From Squalus acanthias (taxonomy: Eukaryota), in the NCBI GenBank assembly GCA_030390025.1, contig CM059444.1, forward strand, positions 32,240,001-32,304,000: a stretch of DNA of 64,000 nucleotides, written 5' to 3'. The notes beneath the pieces are model-generated. The model did not search any database. It was not told the origin of the DNA and was given only the letters and a program-made list of their open reading frames with translations. Position numbers and translations under genes: made by a program. Within the stretch, counting starts at the first letter, position 1. Every line of letters starts with the position of its first letter. Below are positions 13,270 through 24,922 of this stretch, one piece after another.

Positions 13270-14350
13270 TGGACCTGGGTTTGAATCTAGCCCAGACTAT
13301 TGGAATTAAAGAGGGTAATTTTCAATTGCCAGATGCCTGTTTTTCACCTGAAAATCAAGGGGGCACTTTGGCCACCTCATGGATGCAAATTTTCAGGGGG
13401 CTTGTAGATGGGCGAGCAGCACACCTGTCTGTTTCCAGCGGGATGGTGCTTAAATATGCAAGTTGGGACCCTATTTTTAATTTCAGGTACAAATGGGCAG
13501 AGCATGAACTATGCACATTGTGCCCATTTGTACCAGGCGGTGAGCGGCCTAACCAATGATCCATATCGGGACCACCAGTAGCCACTCCACAAAAGGCCCA
13601 GAGTGGGTGGGATTTTTTGCGGGCTAGGAAGAGCACTCCCGCTCCTCCTGGCTCCACAAAATTGCCGGCCCGTGTACACCCTCCTCGGGATCGTCTTTCC
13701 CTTCCCTCCCAGGCCCGATCTGCTGGCCTGCTCAGCTTAGGAGCCAGCTGCCTTCCTGCTCTCCCTCAAACGACGAGCTGCAGCGAAGCGCTCGTTTGTT
13801 GCCCACATCTCGGCGGATACATTCAAATGAGGCCCAAGCCTGAAAATAGTTTGGGTCTCCTGACGCTGAATACAGGCTGTACCGACTTGATGCCCACTTC
13901 AGGCGGAAGTCGAAAATCCCCCCCCCCCCCCATACACAAAAGCTCCGATTTTAACTCCAGGTGGATTCCCCGCTCAGGCCCGAGTTAAAATTACAGTTGG
14001 GTCTCAATGATGTCATTAGGCTGCAACATGCATATGTGAAGAAGGACCCTGTTGGCTCCGGGCGCGTGTCCTTGCTGCCTGCTCAGGAGAGCGGGTTAAA
14101 ATTGCAGATGTTGCGATCATGGCGGCTTTCGGACAAGTAAGAGCCGGGGAGATTTTAACTGCCCACCCGCCAGGTTTCTGCTGAGTGAGTCGGGTTAAAA
14201 TCGCCCCCAAAGTCTCTTCTCTGCCAGCTGTAATCTCCTGGAATTTGGGCAGTCTCAATCCAGTTTCTAGTGGGTACAGGTCCACAGAACAAAACTGCTC
14301 ACAATTTGTTACAAGTTTGCACCTACTTGTCAATCTCAAAGTAGAAGAGT
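13270..14350 (+). mobile_element. LF-SINE-like element split by two tandem MITEs (13311-~13930 and ~13942-14207)
   Basis: ggacctgggtttgaatctagcccagact continues after the insert as aagtctcttctctgccagctgtaa...cagtctcaatccagtttctagtggg...gtccacagaacaaaac, matching my recollection of the LF-SINE consensus; the insert has its own TIR pairs and aaa on both flanks. Confidence 0.7.
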
Positions 14351-14748
14351 AAAAGGAGCTTTATTTTACAAATGGCTTTGCCATAACAGAGCTTACAATG
14401 CTTGATGCTCAAAATGATAAATTGTTCCATTCCTAGCAGCAAATCCCTCACATTGATGAACCCAAAATTGCCCCCCAAAAGGTGTTGCGTTTTGCTTGCA
14501 GCAGACCATTCCAGATGCTGAGATTTAATTTTACTATAAACTTTCATAAAAGCTTCTGTTCAATAGGTGTTTCTGTTTTCTAATGTAGGTTTCTGAATGA
14601 TATTTTAAATGGTATATTAATTATCATTACAACTACTTATTGATTCACATGTCTACTGTAATATAAATAGTGTTCCAGAGAGTCATTTAATAACATCAAA
14701 TCTGTTTACAAAACCTTTTCTGAGAGATTTTGATTTTCTATTCCACAG

Positions 14749-14936
14749 GGCTGGTTTAGCCCTGGCCAGGTGTTCGTACTGGATGAATACTGTGCACGTT
14801 ATGGAACCAGAGGCTGTCACAGACATCTCTGCTACCTCAATGATTTGCTTGAAAGGGCAGAAAATGGAGCAATGATTGACCCAACCCTGCTTCACTACAG
14901 CTTTGCCTTCTGCGCTTCACATGTTCATGGCAACAG
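14749..14936 (+). CDS. CADPS: CADPS coding exon, 188 nt ([19 protein letters not shown]...ASHVHGN)
   Basis: ttccacag|GGC TGG TTT...GGC AAC AG|gtagag; phase 0-2. Confidence 0.97.
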
Positions 14937-15896
14937 GTAGAGTTCAGTAACAATGTAACGTAAGACACCATAGTCATTCTGATGAACAAAACAGCAGGCT
15001 TTGTATTAGCCTTATGCAGGAGAGATAAACATTTACATTCCAATATTTGTCAGCGATAGACAAGAAGAAAATTAATTCCTGAGAACACAAGAGGCTCTTT
15101 TCCATTCAGTGGTTGTACCCATGTTTTGCATTCCACACTGACACATAACATGGTACAAGTACAGAAATACCCTTCTCAATGTCTTTGTTTTATTTCCAAA
15201 CAAGATGTTTATCAGACATGCGACCTGTATGTATTATCCATGTTGTTTAAAGTATTACATGGAGGTGACACTACCCAAATCAAACAGTAGAAGATTCATT
15301 TAAAGTATGGAATGTTCATATGGTGGGAACAAATCGCATATCGCCAATAGACCACATTATAGGCAAGTACGCAGACATCTCTGATGCTGTGTTGAAGTGT
15401 ACAAGCATATGTTAGTAGTGTAGGCTGCACAGTACAATAGAAAATGTTCTTTTTATAGAAAGATTGTGTTACAAGAATTTGAAGTTGATGATCTCTCACA
15501 TGCTGTAATTTAGAAGAATCAGCACACACTCCCAACATGATAGATAAACGATGTTTCAGTGGAATATTCTAAAATACTGTCTGTATGGAGCCATGCCACT
15601 TTTTATTTAAGCATAATTAAGTTCCATTTGGATTTACTCAACACTTCATGTAAACTAATGCTTAGAGATATGCTGGCTGATTCTGCAGAAGATATATATT
15701 TCATTTTAGTCGGATTTTTTTTTACAGGTGTAACTCTTGTATTAGAAGTGCTTTTGGTGGCTTCTGTTTTCCACTCATTTATTCATTATTCCTTTTTCAT
15801 GTTTTCTTTAGTTTGTTGTACTTTGATTTTTCTTTATTTCTTTCACGCTTCCTTGGTTCTGTTTCTGGCTCTCTACAAACCAACCATCTTTTAAAG

Positions 15897-16067
15897 TGTG
15901 AAAGTGCCAGAATTACTTGTGTCACAGCCAAGTGTAGATGGTGAGGGGGACAAATCACTCAATCCCTCAGCAAATGAGCCAGAGAGTGACCTAAAAAAGG
16001 ACAGAAAGGAGTCTAGAAAAGGTTCTAAAAAGGAATCCAAGTTGCAACCAAAACCGGAGCCAAAAAG
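15897..16067 (+). CDS. CADPS: CADPS 171-nt cassette exon, charged low-complexity insert (SVKVPELL...KKDRKESRKGSKKESKLQPKPEPKR)
   Basis: Very long pyrimidine tract, ttttaaag|T GTG...AAA AG|gtaagt; open frame, phase 2-2; resembles the Lys-rich insert I recall at this position in mammalian CAPS1 isoforms. Confidence 0.85.
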
Positions 16068-18012
16068 GTAAGTGCCATTTTGTGCACAGTTAAAGGTGGT
16101 GTTAAGTGAATAGGAAAAGCTGCACTAGTTTACATAGTAACGATGGTAGCAAATATGAGCAGAAGAAGTGGCAGCAGGTACCTTTATATGCGTATGTTTT
16201 CTTTCCTGTCCGTATTGATTTTTTCCTTTATTTCCATTCTTTAATTTCCTCCTCCCCTTGCACTACACTATATATCAAGAAGATGACCAAGAGATCTTTT
16301 CCAAGACCTCTGCTATTCTTGCTCTGTAGCTGGCCTTAAGGAGGTGTGTGATTAGTCCCTAATTCACTTGACCTCCAATTCTTTGATTCTCCTTGTGGGT
16401 AGATGCCTCATTTTTGCGCTGTGCTTAGCTCTGACAGTTGACATCTCAGAGTTGCTATATAAAGAATTACAAAGGCAAAGCATATCCCAACATAGCAAAT
16501 TGGTACACCAATTCCCTGAGTCTCTAAACCACCCAAGCAGGTATGTTGATGCATTCCTTATTCACTTTTACATATGTCTAACATCACTTAGTGTTTGATA
16601 TGTTGTGTTATATAAAAAGTGCTCTTGAAGAATACCTACATAGGATAAAGAAAACCTCCTGTAACTGAAGTCTGTACTGTTGAAGTAACACATCCAAGGC
16701 TAGCTAGAAGGGTCAACAAGCCAGCTTCACGTGTCACTGTTTTACAAGTGATCCTTTGCATAAATGCATCATAAAAAGTTAGAACAATTATGAGATGTCA
16801 TGGTCGCAAAAACATGGACTTAAAACAGAAACACTGATGTTAATGTGGAAGAAAAATGTGTAGGTACTAGAAATGGATCAAAGTCATATCTGAATATTAG
16901 TCTTTAACCAGTAACCTATGTCTTATTTAATCATCGTGCTGGTTTACCTGAGTATCCATGGTCATGAGTACCTGTGCATATAGAGATTCACAAAAGTAAA
17001 TGACAGGTAACATTTGGTAGTCATACTTAAAACTTAAAATCATAAGAAATAGTAATTTTAAAATTGAGATCATTAGAACACATCTAAGAAAGCAAAAAGT
17101 TGTTATTCAAGCATCTGATGGCTTCAGTTGAAATAGAAATGTAGCCATTTATATTAAAATAAACAGGGTCAAATGTAGGTCTAACTGCATGTAGATTTTA
17201 ATATGTGCTAGGGATAAACATTATCTTTTCATGTGGTGGAGTTGCAGTAAGTTGTCTGTTTGTATTGTGTTATTATTGGGTCAGACAGTGAGACAACAGT
17301 AGCTTGCAGTCAGTCAGAGAGTAGAGAGCGAATGTGATTCAGATGTTACAGGACAGCCTGAAGGTCAAGACTGACAGAATGACAAGCTGTCACCAAGAAG
17401 AGACTAACTAGCTGGTGTCCTAGGTTCCAGTACACTGAAATGGTCTTGCTATCTGATCAATGTCAATGTAGAAAGTAACAAAGGTTTCTGTACAAAAAAT
17501 GTATGTTATTATTTATAAACCTTATATGACATATTAAAATTATTTGACCTATGCGATGCAAAGGATTTACATGCATACTTTTTTGGGGGAGAGCGTTTAG
17601 AAAATTGAAAAAAAATGGGTACATTTAAAATCAGGAAACCCAGTAACTATTATGAATGGAACAGACAAACAATGAAATTAATATTGTTCTAAAAAGTAAT
17701 ATTTCATAACTCCATTTAAATCACCTATACAGAAACATTTTTGTAGCAAATTCCAATGTAAGACAGTTGCAAATCTGTGTAAAAAGTATTTCCCCATTCC
17801 TTTTATATGAATAAATATTGACAGTAGCTCAAATGATGTATAGTATTTTGTTTTGCTATTGCACTACTTTCGTTTTTAAAATTCAGATTTAATTCTTATC
17901 ATTAAACCAGATTTTTATATAATCAAACCAACTCTGCACCCTCAAACACGTTAAATTTCTCTTTCTAATTTGCCCATCATTTTGTAAGAAAGATCCACTA
18001 AGCCACGAAAGA

Positions 18013-18019
18013 TATAAAA
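18013..18019 (+). promoter_or_regulatory. TATA-like box of candidate internal promoter
   Basis: TATAAAA followed by a CpG/GC patch, ~220 nt upstream of the ATG at 18234. Confidence 0.3.
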
Positions 18020-18233
18020 AGTAGCGTAGCGGGGGCTTGATTATTTGTAAATTTTGACAAAAAACATTGGAAATTTTATTATTTGTGACATGGCCCAAGA
18101 TAGGAGACTGTGAGGAGAGTGAAGCTGACAGAACTGGTGCTAACCACTGTGACAAAGACTTGAAAAGCAACCAACATGACATCTTTCCTATCACGCTGCC
18201 GAAAATGTCATCTTTGTGAACGACAGTGAGAAA

Positions 18234-18256
18234 ATGGTTTGCCGAAGTTTTGAAAG
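18234..18256 (+). CDS. CADPS: Coding part of candidate alternative first exon (MVCRSFE-R) of a short CADPS isoform
   Basis: gagaaaATGG strong Kozak; ATG GTT TGC CGA AGT TTT GAA AG|gtagag is phase 2 and joins exon 22613 in frame; in-frame TGA upstream at 18177. Confidence 0.65.
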
Positions 18257-20314
18257 GTAGAGTCGAAAGACGCTCATCATGTCAGATGTAATATAGTCCG
18301 CAGCTGTTTGAGAAAGGAAATCCTAGTGGCCATGACGGGTTTCAGTTGGCAGGCCCTCCGAGACATCGAAACCACTCCAAAAATGGCTACAATTGACCTG
18401 TGGATTGTACTACTCTTGTGGTCAAATACTCGGCTCCCATCACTAGTTCTGCCACATAATAGCTGGCTGTTCACATCTGCTTTGGGAAAAAAAGCTTGGA
18501 TTTCTACAATTATTATAAACAATTAGAATTTAAAAAAGGAATCTAGTTTAAGATTTTGATGGGTTTATGTTTTACTTTCCTTTATTAACTCACAGAGTCC
18601 CTTTTAAATGTACTGTGGAGATAGTAGCTTGACTGTTTTAAGAAAGAAAATCCAGTCCAGTCTTTCCATTTTCTGAACAATACCATAAATGTCATTTTGT
18701 GTTAAATGTTCATCACAGCTTTTATCTCAGGTACCCAAATGTTCTGTAACTGAATGTGCTGGGAGGGATTTCCATTGCACTGTAAGATTAAAGCAAATGT
18801 ACACTAGGTACAGTTAATATTTCCAGTGTGCAAATATTGATTCTTTTTTGTAGGTGATAGTCCATTTTCATTAATATCTTAGTAACGCTTTAATAATTAG
18901 CACATTATTAGCAGGTGAGAATTCCAAATCTCAAACCAAAGGTTTAGTTGAATGATTTAAAGATCTCATCTTTTTCTATTTGAATAAAAAAGAAATGTAT
19001 CACATGGCACTTTTAACAGTAGAAGGGATGCGTATTCAGAGTTGTAAAGCCTTTAATCCAACATGTATATTTTTTGGTTTGTTTCGACAAACATCATTGA
19101 AAGGTCTTGAAAGTATAAGACATATTTATAATGTTATATTCACACTGAGATTTTTTTTACTGTATTTTGAAAGGAAGGGCGTAGCTTGTTACAATAAGCT
19201 TCACCAAAATAAGCGTAAAAAGAATTTGCTTTCCGAGCTCTCGAGTAGGATTTCATGTGGGATGATTTGCCGTATTAACAGCTTTCTATCTTATTGGTCA
19301 CTGCAGCACTGCAGTATAGATTGTAATTTCTGAGCCTAAGGTCACAATTGATGCTTGCAAATAAAGAGAAATAAAGCTGACCAATTAACCCCTGACAGGA
19401 GGTTTATTAGAGGTTCTGTAATCCCTTATCATGCTTTTGTGTTGCCAAACAGGCTGGTGCTGGGGATTTGCACAGCTTAAAGTGTACACTGAAGGAGGCC
19501 TATGGAAAAGGACTGTTTATTCTATTCACAGTCTACTCACACTACAGAAAGGGAGACTGAGCTAGTGTAGACTGGATAGTAAAATACAAATCCCTCTACT
19601 TTGCTTTTGACTGAAGAACCTGGTAATGTTGTTTGTCTGGGCTGTTGCTTCCTTTCGTGAAAGGATTAGGTCGGCCTCTTTCCCTCTTATTATGGATTAT
19701 TGGCTGGTGTAAATATTCAGGAACTATCCATATTGTTTAGCCTGAAGTTGTGAAATAATAAGGAAATGCTTATTTGTGCAGGACTGAATTTGTTCTCTTT
19801 TATAAAACACACTTCATCCAAAACTTAAGCCATATGGGAAATAGCCTGGGAAAAGCAACCTTCTCGTAGTTTTAATGATATGTTCCCTGCTTACTAAGTG
19901 GAAGAGGTCAAAAAGTGGCACTGAGTATTTAACGCAAAGATATTTGAATTGTGCAGTGAAGATTTTTTTTTAAAACTGCAGTTTGTCATCTTTAAAATCC
20001 ATGAACAAATGTAAGGCAAAAATGCAGATTTTCATTTTTTACATTTTTAGCTCTTTTTAATTCAATGAAGATGACATACACCCTTTAGATAGTTTAGATG
20101 CTAAATTTTATATTCACAGTTTACAGCAGCACAAAGTATGCTTAAAGCACTTCTGTCAGTGCTATCATAATAGTATGACAATGTTCCAGTAGTGTGACTG
20201 CAGGTTAGCCTCTGTAGCAAGGATGATTTCTTACGGTGTAAAACTGGGAAGGGATGGCACCGTCAATAGAAAAGAAAGTTATTTTATGTGAGCATGCTTT
20301 TCTTATCAGAAAAT

Positions 20315-22107
20315 GGGCCGAACTTACAGGCCTGCCGCCCAGCGGAACCAGGGCACTAGCGGCCTGAAAGTGGAGCGTAGTAGCTTACCGCCGCGGTGAC
20401 CATTGCCGTTTTGCTGGGGTCCTTTGAGTAGGTGGCGCAAAGAAAACACAAAGAGCTGATTGAAGTATTTAAATCAGGGTCTTACGATGTCAATAGGATT
20501 CTGATGCCAGTTCTGGACTGCACTGGGCAGGACGTGCGCCCTTGTAGCTCCGGCCCGTATCAGCTGGAGGCTGGGCCAATGAGGAGACGAAAGGTAGGTT
20601 TGGCTATATCTTTGTGGGGCCAGGAGGAGCAGGAGTGCTCCTACAGACTTCACAAAACCAGGCTGGGCCGCTGCTGTTCTCCCTTCCCCCCACCCCCTCC
20701 TTCCCCAATATCAGGCTAGTATATTACCCCCAATCCCATGATCCCTAACAAAATTAGGGCTCATGGGATTGGGGTAATATACTAGCATGGATTGAGGATT
20801 GGTTAACGGACAGAAAACCGAGAGTAGGAATAAGCGGGTCATTTTTGGGTTGGCAGGCTGTAACTAGTCGAGTACCGCAAGGATCAGTGCTTGGGCCTCA
20901 GCTATTCACAATCTACAGCAATGATTTGGATGAGGGGACCAAATATAATATATCCAAGTTTGCTGATGATACAAAGCTGGGTGGGAATGTAAGTTGTGAG
21001 GAGGATGCAACGAGGCTTCAAGGGGATATAGACAGGCTAAGTGAGTGGGCAAGAACATGGCAAATGGAATATAATGTGGAGAAATGTGAAGTTATCCACT
21101 TTGGTAGGAAAAATAGAAAAGCAGAGTATTTTTTAAATGGTGAGAGATTGGGAAATGTTGGTGTTCAGAGGGACCTGGGTGTCCTTGTACACGAATCACT
21201 GAAAGTTAACATGCAGGTGCAGCAAGCAATTGGGAAAGCAAATGGGATGTTGGCCTTTATTACAAGAGGATTTGAGTATCAGAGTAAAGACGTCTTACTG
21301 CAATTATATAGGGCCCTGGTGAGACCACACCTGGAGTATGTGTACAGTTTTGGTCTCCTTACCTAAGGAAGGATATACTTGCCATAGAGAGAGTGCAACA
21401 AAGGTTCACCAGACTGATTCCTGGGATGGGGGGATTATCCTATGAGGAGAGATTGAGTAGACTAGGCCTATATTATCTAGAGTTCAGAAGAATGAGAGGT
21501 GATTTCATTGAAACATACAAAATTCTTACAGGGCTTGACAGGGTAGGTGCAGGGAGGATGTTTCCCCTGGCTGGGGAGTCTAGAACCAGGGGTCACAGTC
21601 TCAGAATAAGGGGTCGGCCATTTAGGACTGATTTGAGGAGAAATTTCTTCACTCAGAGGGTGGTGAATCTTTGGAATTCTCTGCCCCAGAGGGCTGTGGA
21701 GGCTCAGTCGTTGAGTATATTCAAGACAGAGATCGATAGAGTTTTTGATATTAAGGGAATCAAGGGATATGGGGATAGTGCAGGAAAGTGGAGTTGAGGT
21801 AGAAGATCAGCCATGATCTTATTGAATGGCGGAGCAGGTTCGAGGGGCTGAATGGCCTACTCCTGCTCCTATTTCTTATGTTCTTTTGTTCCTCCTACTT
21901 ACCGTCTTGCAGCCAGGAGGCCAGCTGGGCCGAAGCTGGCAGGCTGCCCCAGGGCGCTCGATTATCTGGCCGCTGCCCACCGGCCCAGCGCTAATGAGGC
22001 CCGGATCTCAAAATGGACCAGGCCTCATGTTGGGACGACTGGTGCTGGCCGGCGGGCATGTCCACCTGCTAGCCGCCCGAAGTCCGCTCAGTGGGAAACT
22101 CCACCCC
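20315..22107. mobile_element. MITE interrupted by a CR1 insertion
   Basis: GC-rich halves 20315-20714 and ~21893-22107, degenerate TIRs, aat on both flanks. Confidence 0.65.
20749..21890 (+). mobile_element. 5'-truncated CR1 LINE (RT domain to 3' UTR), relatively young, frameshifted
   Basis: ORFs 20845..21366 (VPQGSVLGP, KFADDTKL) and 21393..21797 (RTRGHSL, FFTQRVVNLWNSLP); tail gaatggcctactcctgctcctatttcttatgttct. Confidence 0.95.
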
Positions 22108-22612
22108 AATGTCTTTTTAATAGCCAGGGTAACATTAAATCAATGTCTAGCCCCTTCTGGGGCTTTGTTTGCACAAGGTAATATCCCCCAATGGACCCAT
22201 GCACCAAACCTTAGTAGAACCATAAGAAAATAAAAATGGCTGGGACTTTTTTTGTCTTTTAATCAATAAGGTGTTGAACAGTATTTCTGCCTCATAACAT
22301 GAACAGTGTTTAGCAACTTCACAAAAACATATTCGATGGCAAAAATAAAACCGAGTATTATTTAATTATAATTTGCTAATCTGTTGTCAAATAACTCAGG
22401 TAACTGGTTAAAAGCAGATCTTCCAAATGAAATTCAGCTTTCCTGCATTGCTGGAGAACTTCAGTATAAAAGCACAAAAGTATACATCATTTATACCACA
22501 GCCCTAAGATGTGGACATATTTTTAAGTACTGAACTGAATGCTGCAAAGGTAGGAGTGAGTGAATAGAATTATGAAAAAAACGCTGCTAAATGTTATTTT
22601 CTTTGTTTCCAG

Positions 22613-22714
22613 GCCCGATGGAATAGGAACTGTAACAGTGGAAGAAAAAGAACGTTTCGAGGAGATCAAGGAGAGACTGCGCTTACTACTTGAGAATCAG
22701 ATTACTCACTTTAG
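22613..22714 (+). CDS. CADPS: CADPS coding exon, 102 nt ([34 protein letters not shown])
   Basis: tttccag|G CCC GAT...TTT AG|gtgaat; phase 2-2. Confidence 0.97.
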
Positions 22715-23101
22715 GTGAATACAAACAGATAGAAATGTGAAGCTAGTTGATACACTTTCTACTTATTGCAAGTAAAAGGGCTGTTTGATTTTAGGGATGA
22801 GTACAGAAACAGACAACTTAATATCTCTCAGAACACGCCATTCTGATAAGAATACCAAGGGCTCAGCAATGCAAAGACTTACAGCAGCAGCTTTACTGGT
22901 CAGAGCAGACTGGGATATCTTCCTCCACATTACTTCTTTTGACCATTGGCTTATGCACTACGCTGTGCTTTCTCCCCTTAATTGACAGCTATGTGCCTCT
23001 GGGAGTCTCCCGTTCTTTCTCCAGCCACCTGACTGTGCAGCCCTTATCGACAACCAGTGATTTATTTTATGTGGAATAGCTGACAGTTTTTAAGACATAG
23101 T

Positions 23102-23947
23102 GGGCTAGAAATGTATTCATGCCGGCCTGCCAGCGCAAGCTGGGCACAAGGATTGAGCCTTGCACCTGAACGGGTAGGCCCGAGGTGCACCCGATATTGG
23201 GCCCCATTTAAATGACACCAGTAAACTGCGGACAACTGCTGGGCATCCCAGGCAGCTCGCCGGCAAAGAGGCTTGGAATTTCGGGCCGCTGTGTTGCCGG
23301 TAGCAGCCCTCAGGTCAGTGCTTAAGTCAGTGCTTAAAGGGGAAGGTGATCAGGAGAGGGTGCCAATCGGGAGGGGGAGCGACCAGGAGAGAAGGATCGA
23401 TCAGGAGAGGGGTGACCATGAAAGGTAAGGACGATTGGGGTTGGTGCTTCGGGGTGGGGGGGGTGGTGTCGAGGCGGAAATTGGAAGTGAGTCGAGGCAT
23501 CATCGTGAGTAGGTGAAAGTGGTGGCCGGCAGCGGCCCACAATTTTAATACGGAGTCGGGTGGAGCACTCCTGCCCCTCCCGGCTTCACACTCAGGTATG
23601 TATTTTTTACAAACTTACCTTTTTGGTGGCTGCCTGTAGCAGTCACTTTAAGGACAACTGGTTAAACCACATGCAGACCTGGCTTTCCCAAACACAGCCA
23701 GAGTGCTGCGTTCAGGGCAACTCAATTTTACACTGGGGACCTCAAACAAGCATAAGGCCCCTTATTTGCATATTCAAAAGACCTAACGCTTGTTTCAAGC
23801 GTGGACCCTGGCCGCCTATATTTTTGCCTACAACAATATGGCGCACTTCCAGCTCATAATGAACATGCACTTCCTACCCACCATATTAGAGGCTTTTGGG
23901 CCTATTTAGTGCCCAAAAAACAGCGTGCGCCATCGAATTTCTAGGCC
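23102..23947. mobile_element. MITE with AGT target-site duplication
   Basis: agt|GGGCTAGAAAT...ATTTCTAGGCC|agt. Confidence 0.8.
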
Positions 23948-24020
23948 AGTGGCCATACTTATTATTTTTATACAGCCCAGTGTACCCTGTACAGCTTAGT
24001 ACTAAACTGTTCTGAGACAT

Positions 24021-24197
24021 GGTATAGTTACTCCTGTTCCTCAAGGAGAAGTTAAAGTTGTCATTCGGAAATGTCTGGAGAAAGCTGCTCTAGTGAACTA
24101 CACACGACTTTCTGAGTACGCCAAAATCGAAGGTAAGTAGCAGAGAGTTTTCTTATGAATGCAGTTCACTAGATGAAACACTTGGAGACAGATTATT
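24021..24197 (+). pseudogene. Partial duplicate (pseudo-exon) of CADPS exon 24799-24922 plus its donor and 65 nt of intron
   Basis: Colinear with 24811-24987 at offset 790; 6 mismatches in 177 nt by manual count; native acceptor and first 12 coding nt absent. Confidence 0.92.
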
Positions 24198-24434
24198 CAG
24201 CTACCTATCTTCTTTAATTCACTTTGTTTACATAAGCACCACATGGATGTGTAAGTATTGGAAGGTATTGAAATGCGTAATAAGTTACCGTTCTGTTAAT
24301 CTACAGTAATAAGAAGGCTGAGGTTATCCTGTGAACTGCGCTTCTTGTGGTCAACAAAGTCAACCCGGATACATACTGACCATTTTAAAAACATTCTGTT
24401 GAAGAATAATTAATAAAATCTATCTTGCTGACAG

Positions 24435-24498
24435 GTACTGCTTTCCTTTTGGACGACCCGAGGGTGCATTAAAGGCTACACTGTCTCTCCTGGAGAGG
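24435..24498 (+). CDS. CADPS: CADPS coding exon, 64 nt ([21 protein letters not shown])
   Basis: ctgacag|G TAC TGC...GAG AGG|gtgagt; phase 2-0. Confidence 0.97.
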
Positions 24499-24798
24499 GT
24501 GAGTAGTTAATATTTCACTGTGTGACGTTCACATATCAGGAGTAACTTATGGTTAATGTGCCGTGCATGTTTAAAGTATTATTATCCAATATATCTAAAA
24601 CTTCCTCCTAAATACCGCAGTTAGAAATTGCCAGGCCCTAATCTTTAGTGGAGACATTAATTGCTGTCCAGTCCAACTTTTTCTGGTGTCAGGAAAAGTC
24701 CCACGGGACAAGTCATAAAGAGTGAGGGGTAGCCATTATTTCCATTTCCCTAACTCAGGACATATATATAATGCACTGCCATTTCTGTAATTGCAAAG

Positions 24799-24922
24799 GT
24801 GCTGATGAAGGATATAGTAACTCCTGTTCCTCAAGAAGAAGTTAAAGTTGTCATTCGGAAATGTCTGGAGAAAGCTGCTCTAGTGAACTACACACGACTT
24901 TCTGAGTACGCCAAAATCGAAG
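24799..24922 (+). CDS. CADPS: CADPS coding exon, 124 nt ([41 protein letters not shown])
   Basis: ttgcaaag|GTG CTG...GAA G|gtaagt; phase 0-1. Confidence 0.97.

Noticed and set aside
23314-23337. 12-nt tandem duplication gtcagtgcttaa x2 (similar spaced 15-nt repeat at ~59791-59828)
   Set aside because: Ordinary slippage-type micro-duplications; not a CRISPR array or functional repeat.
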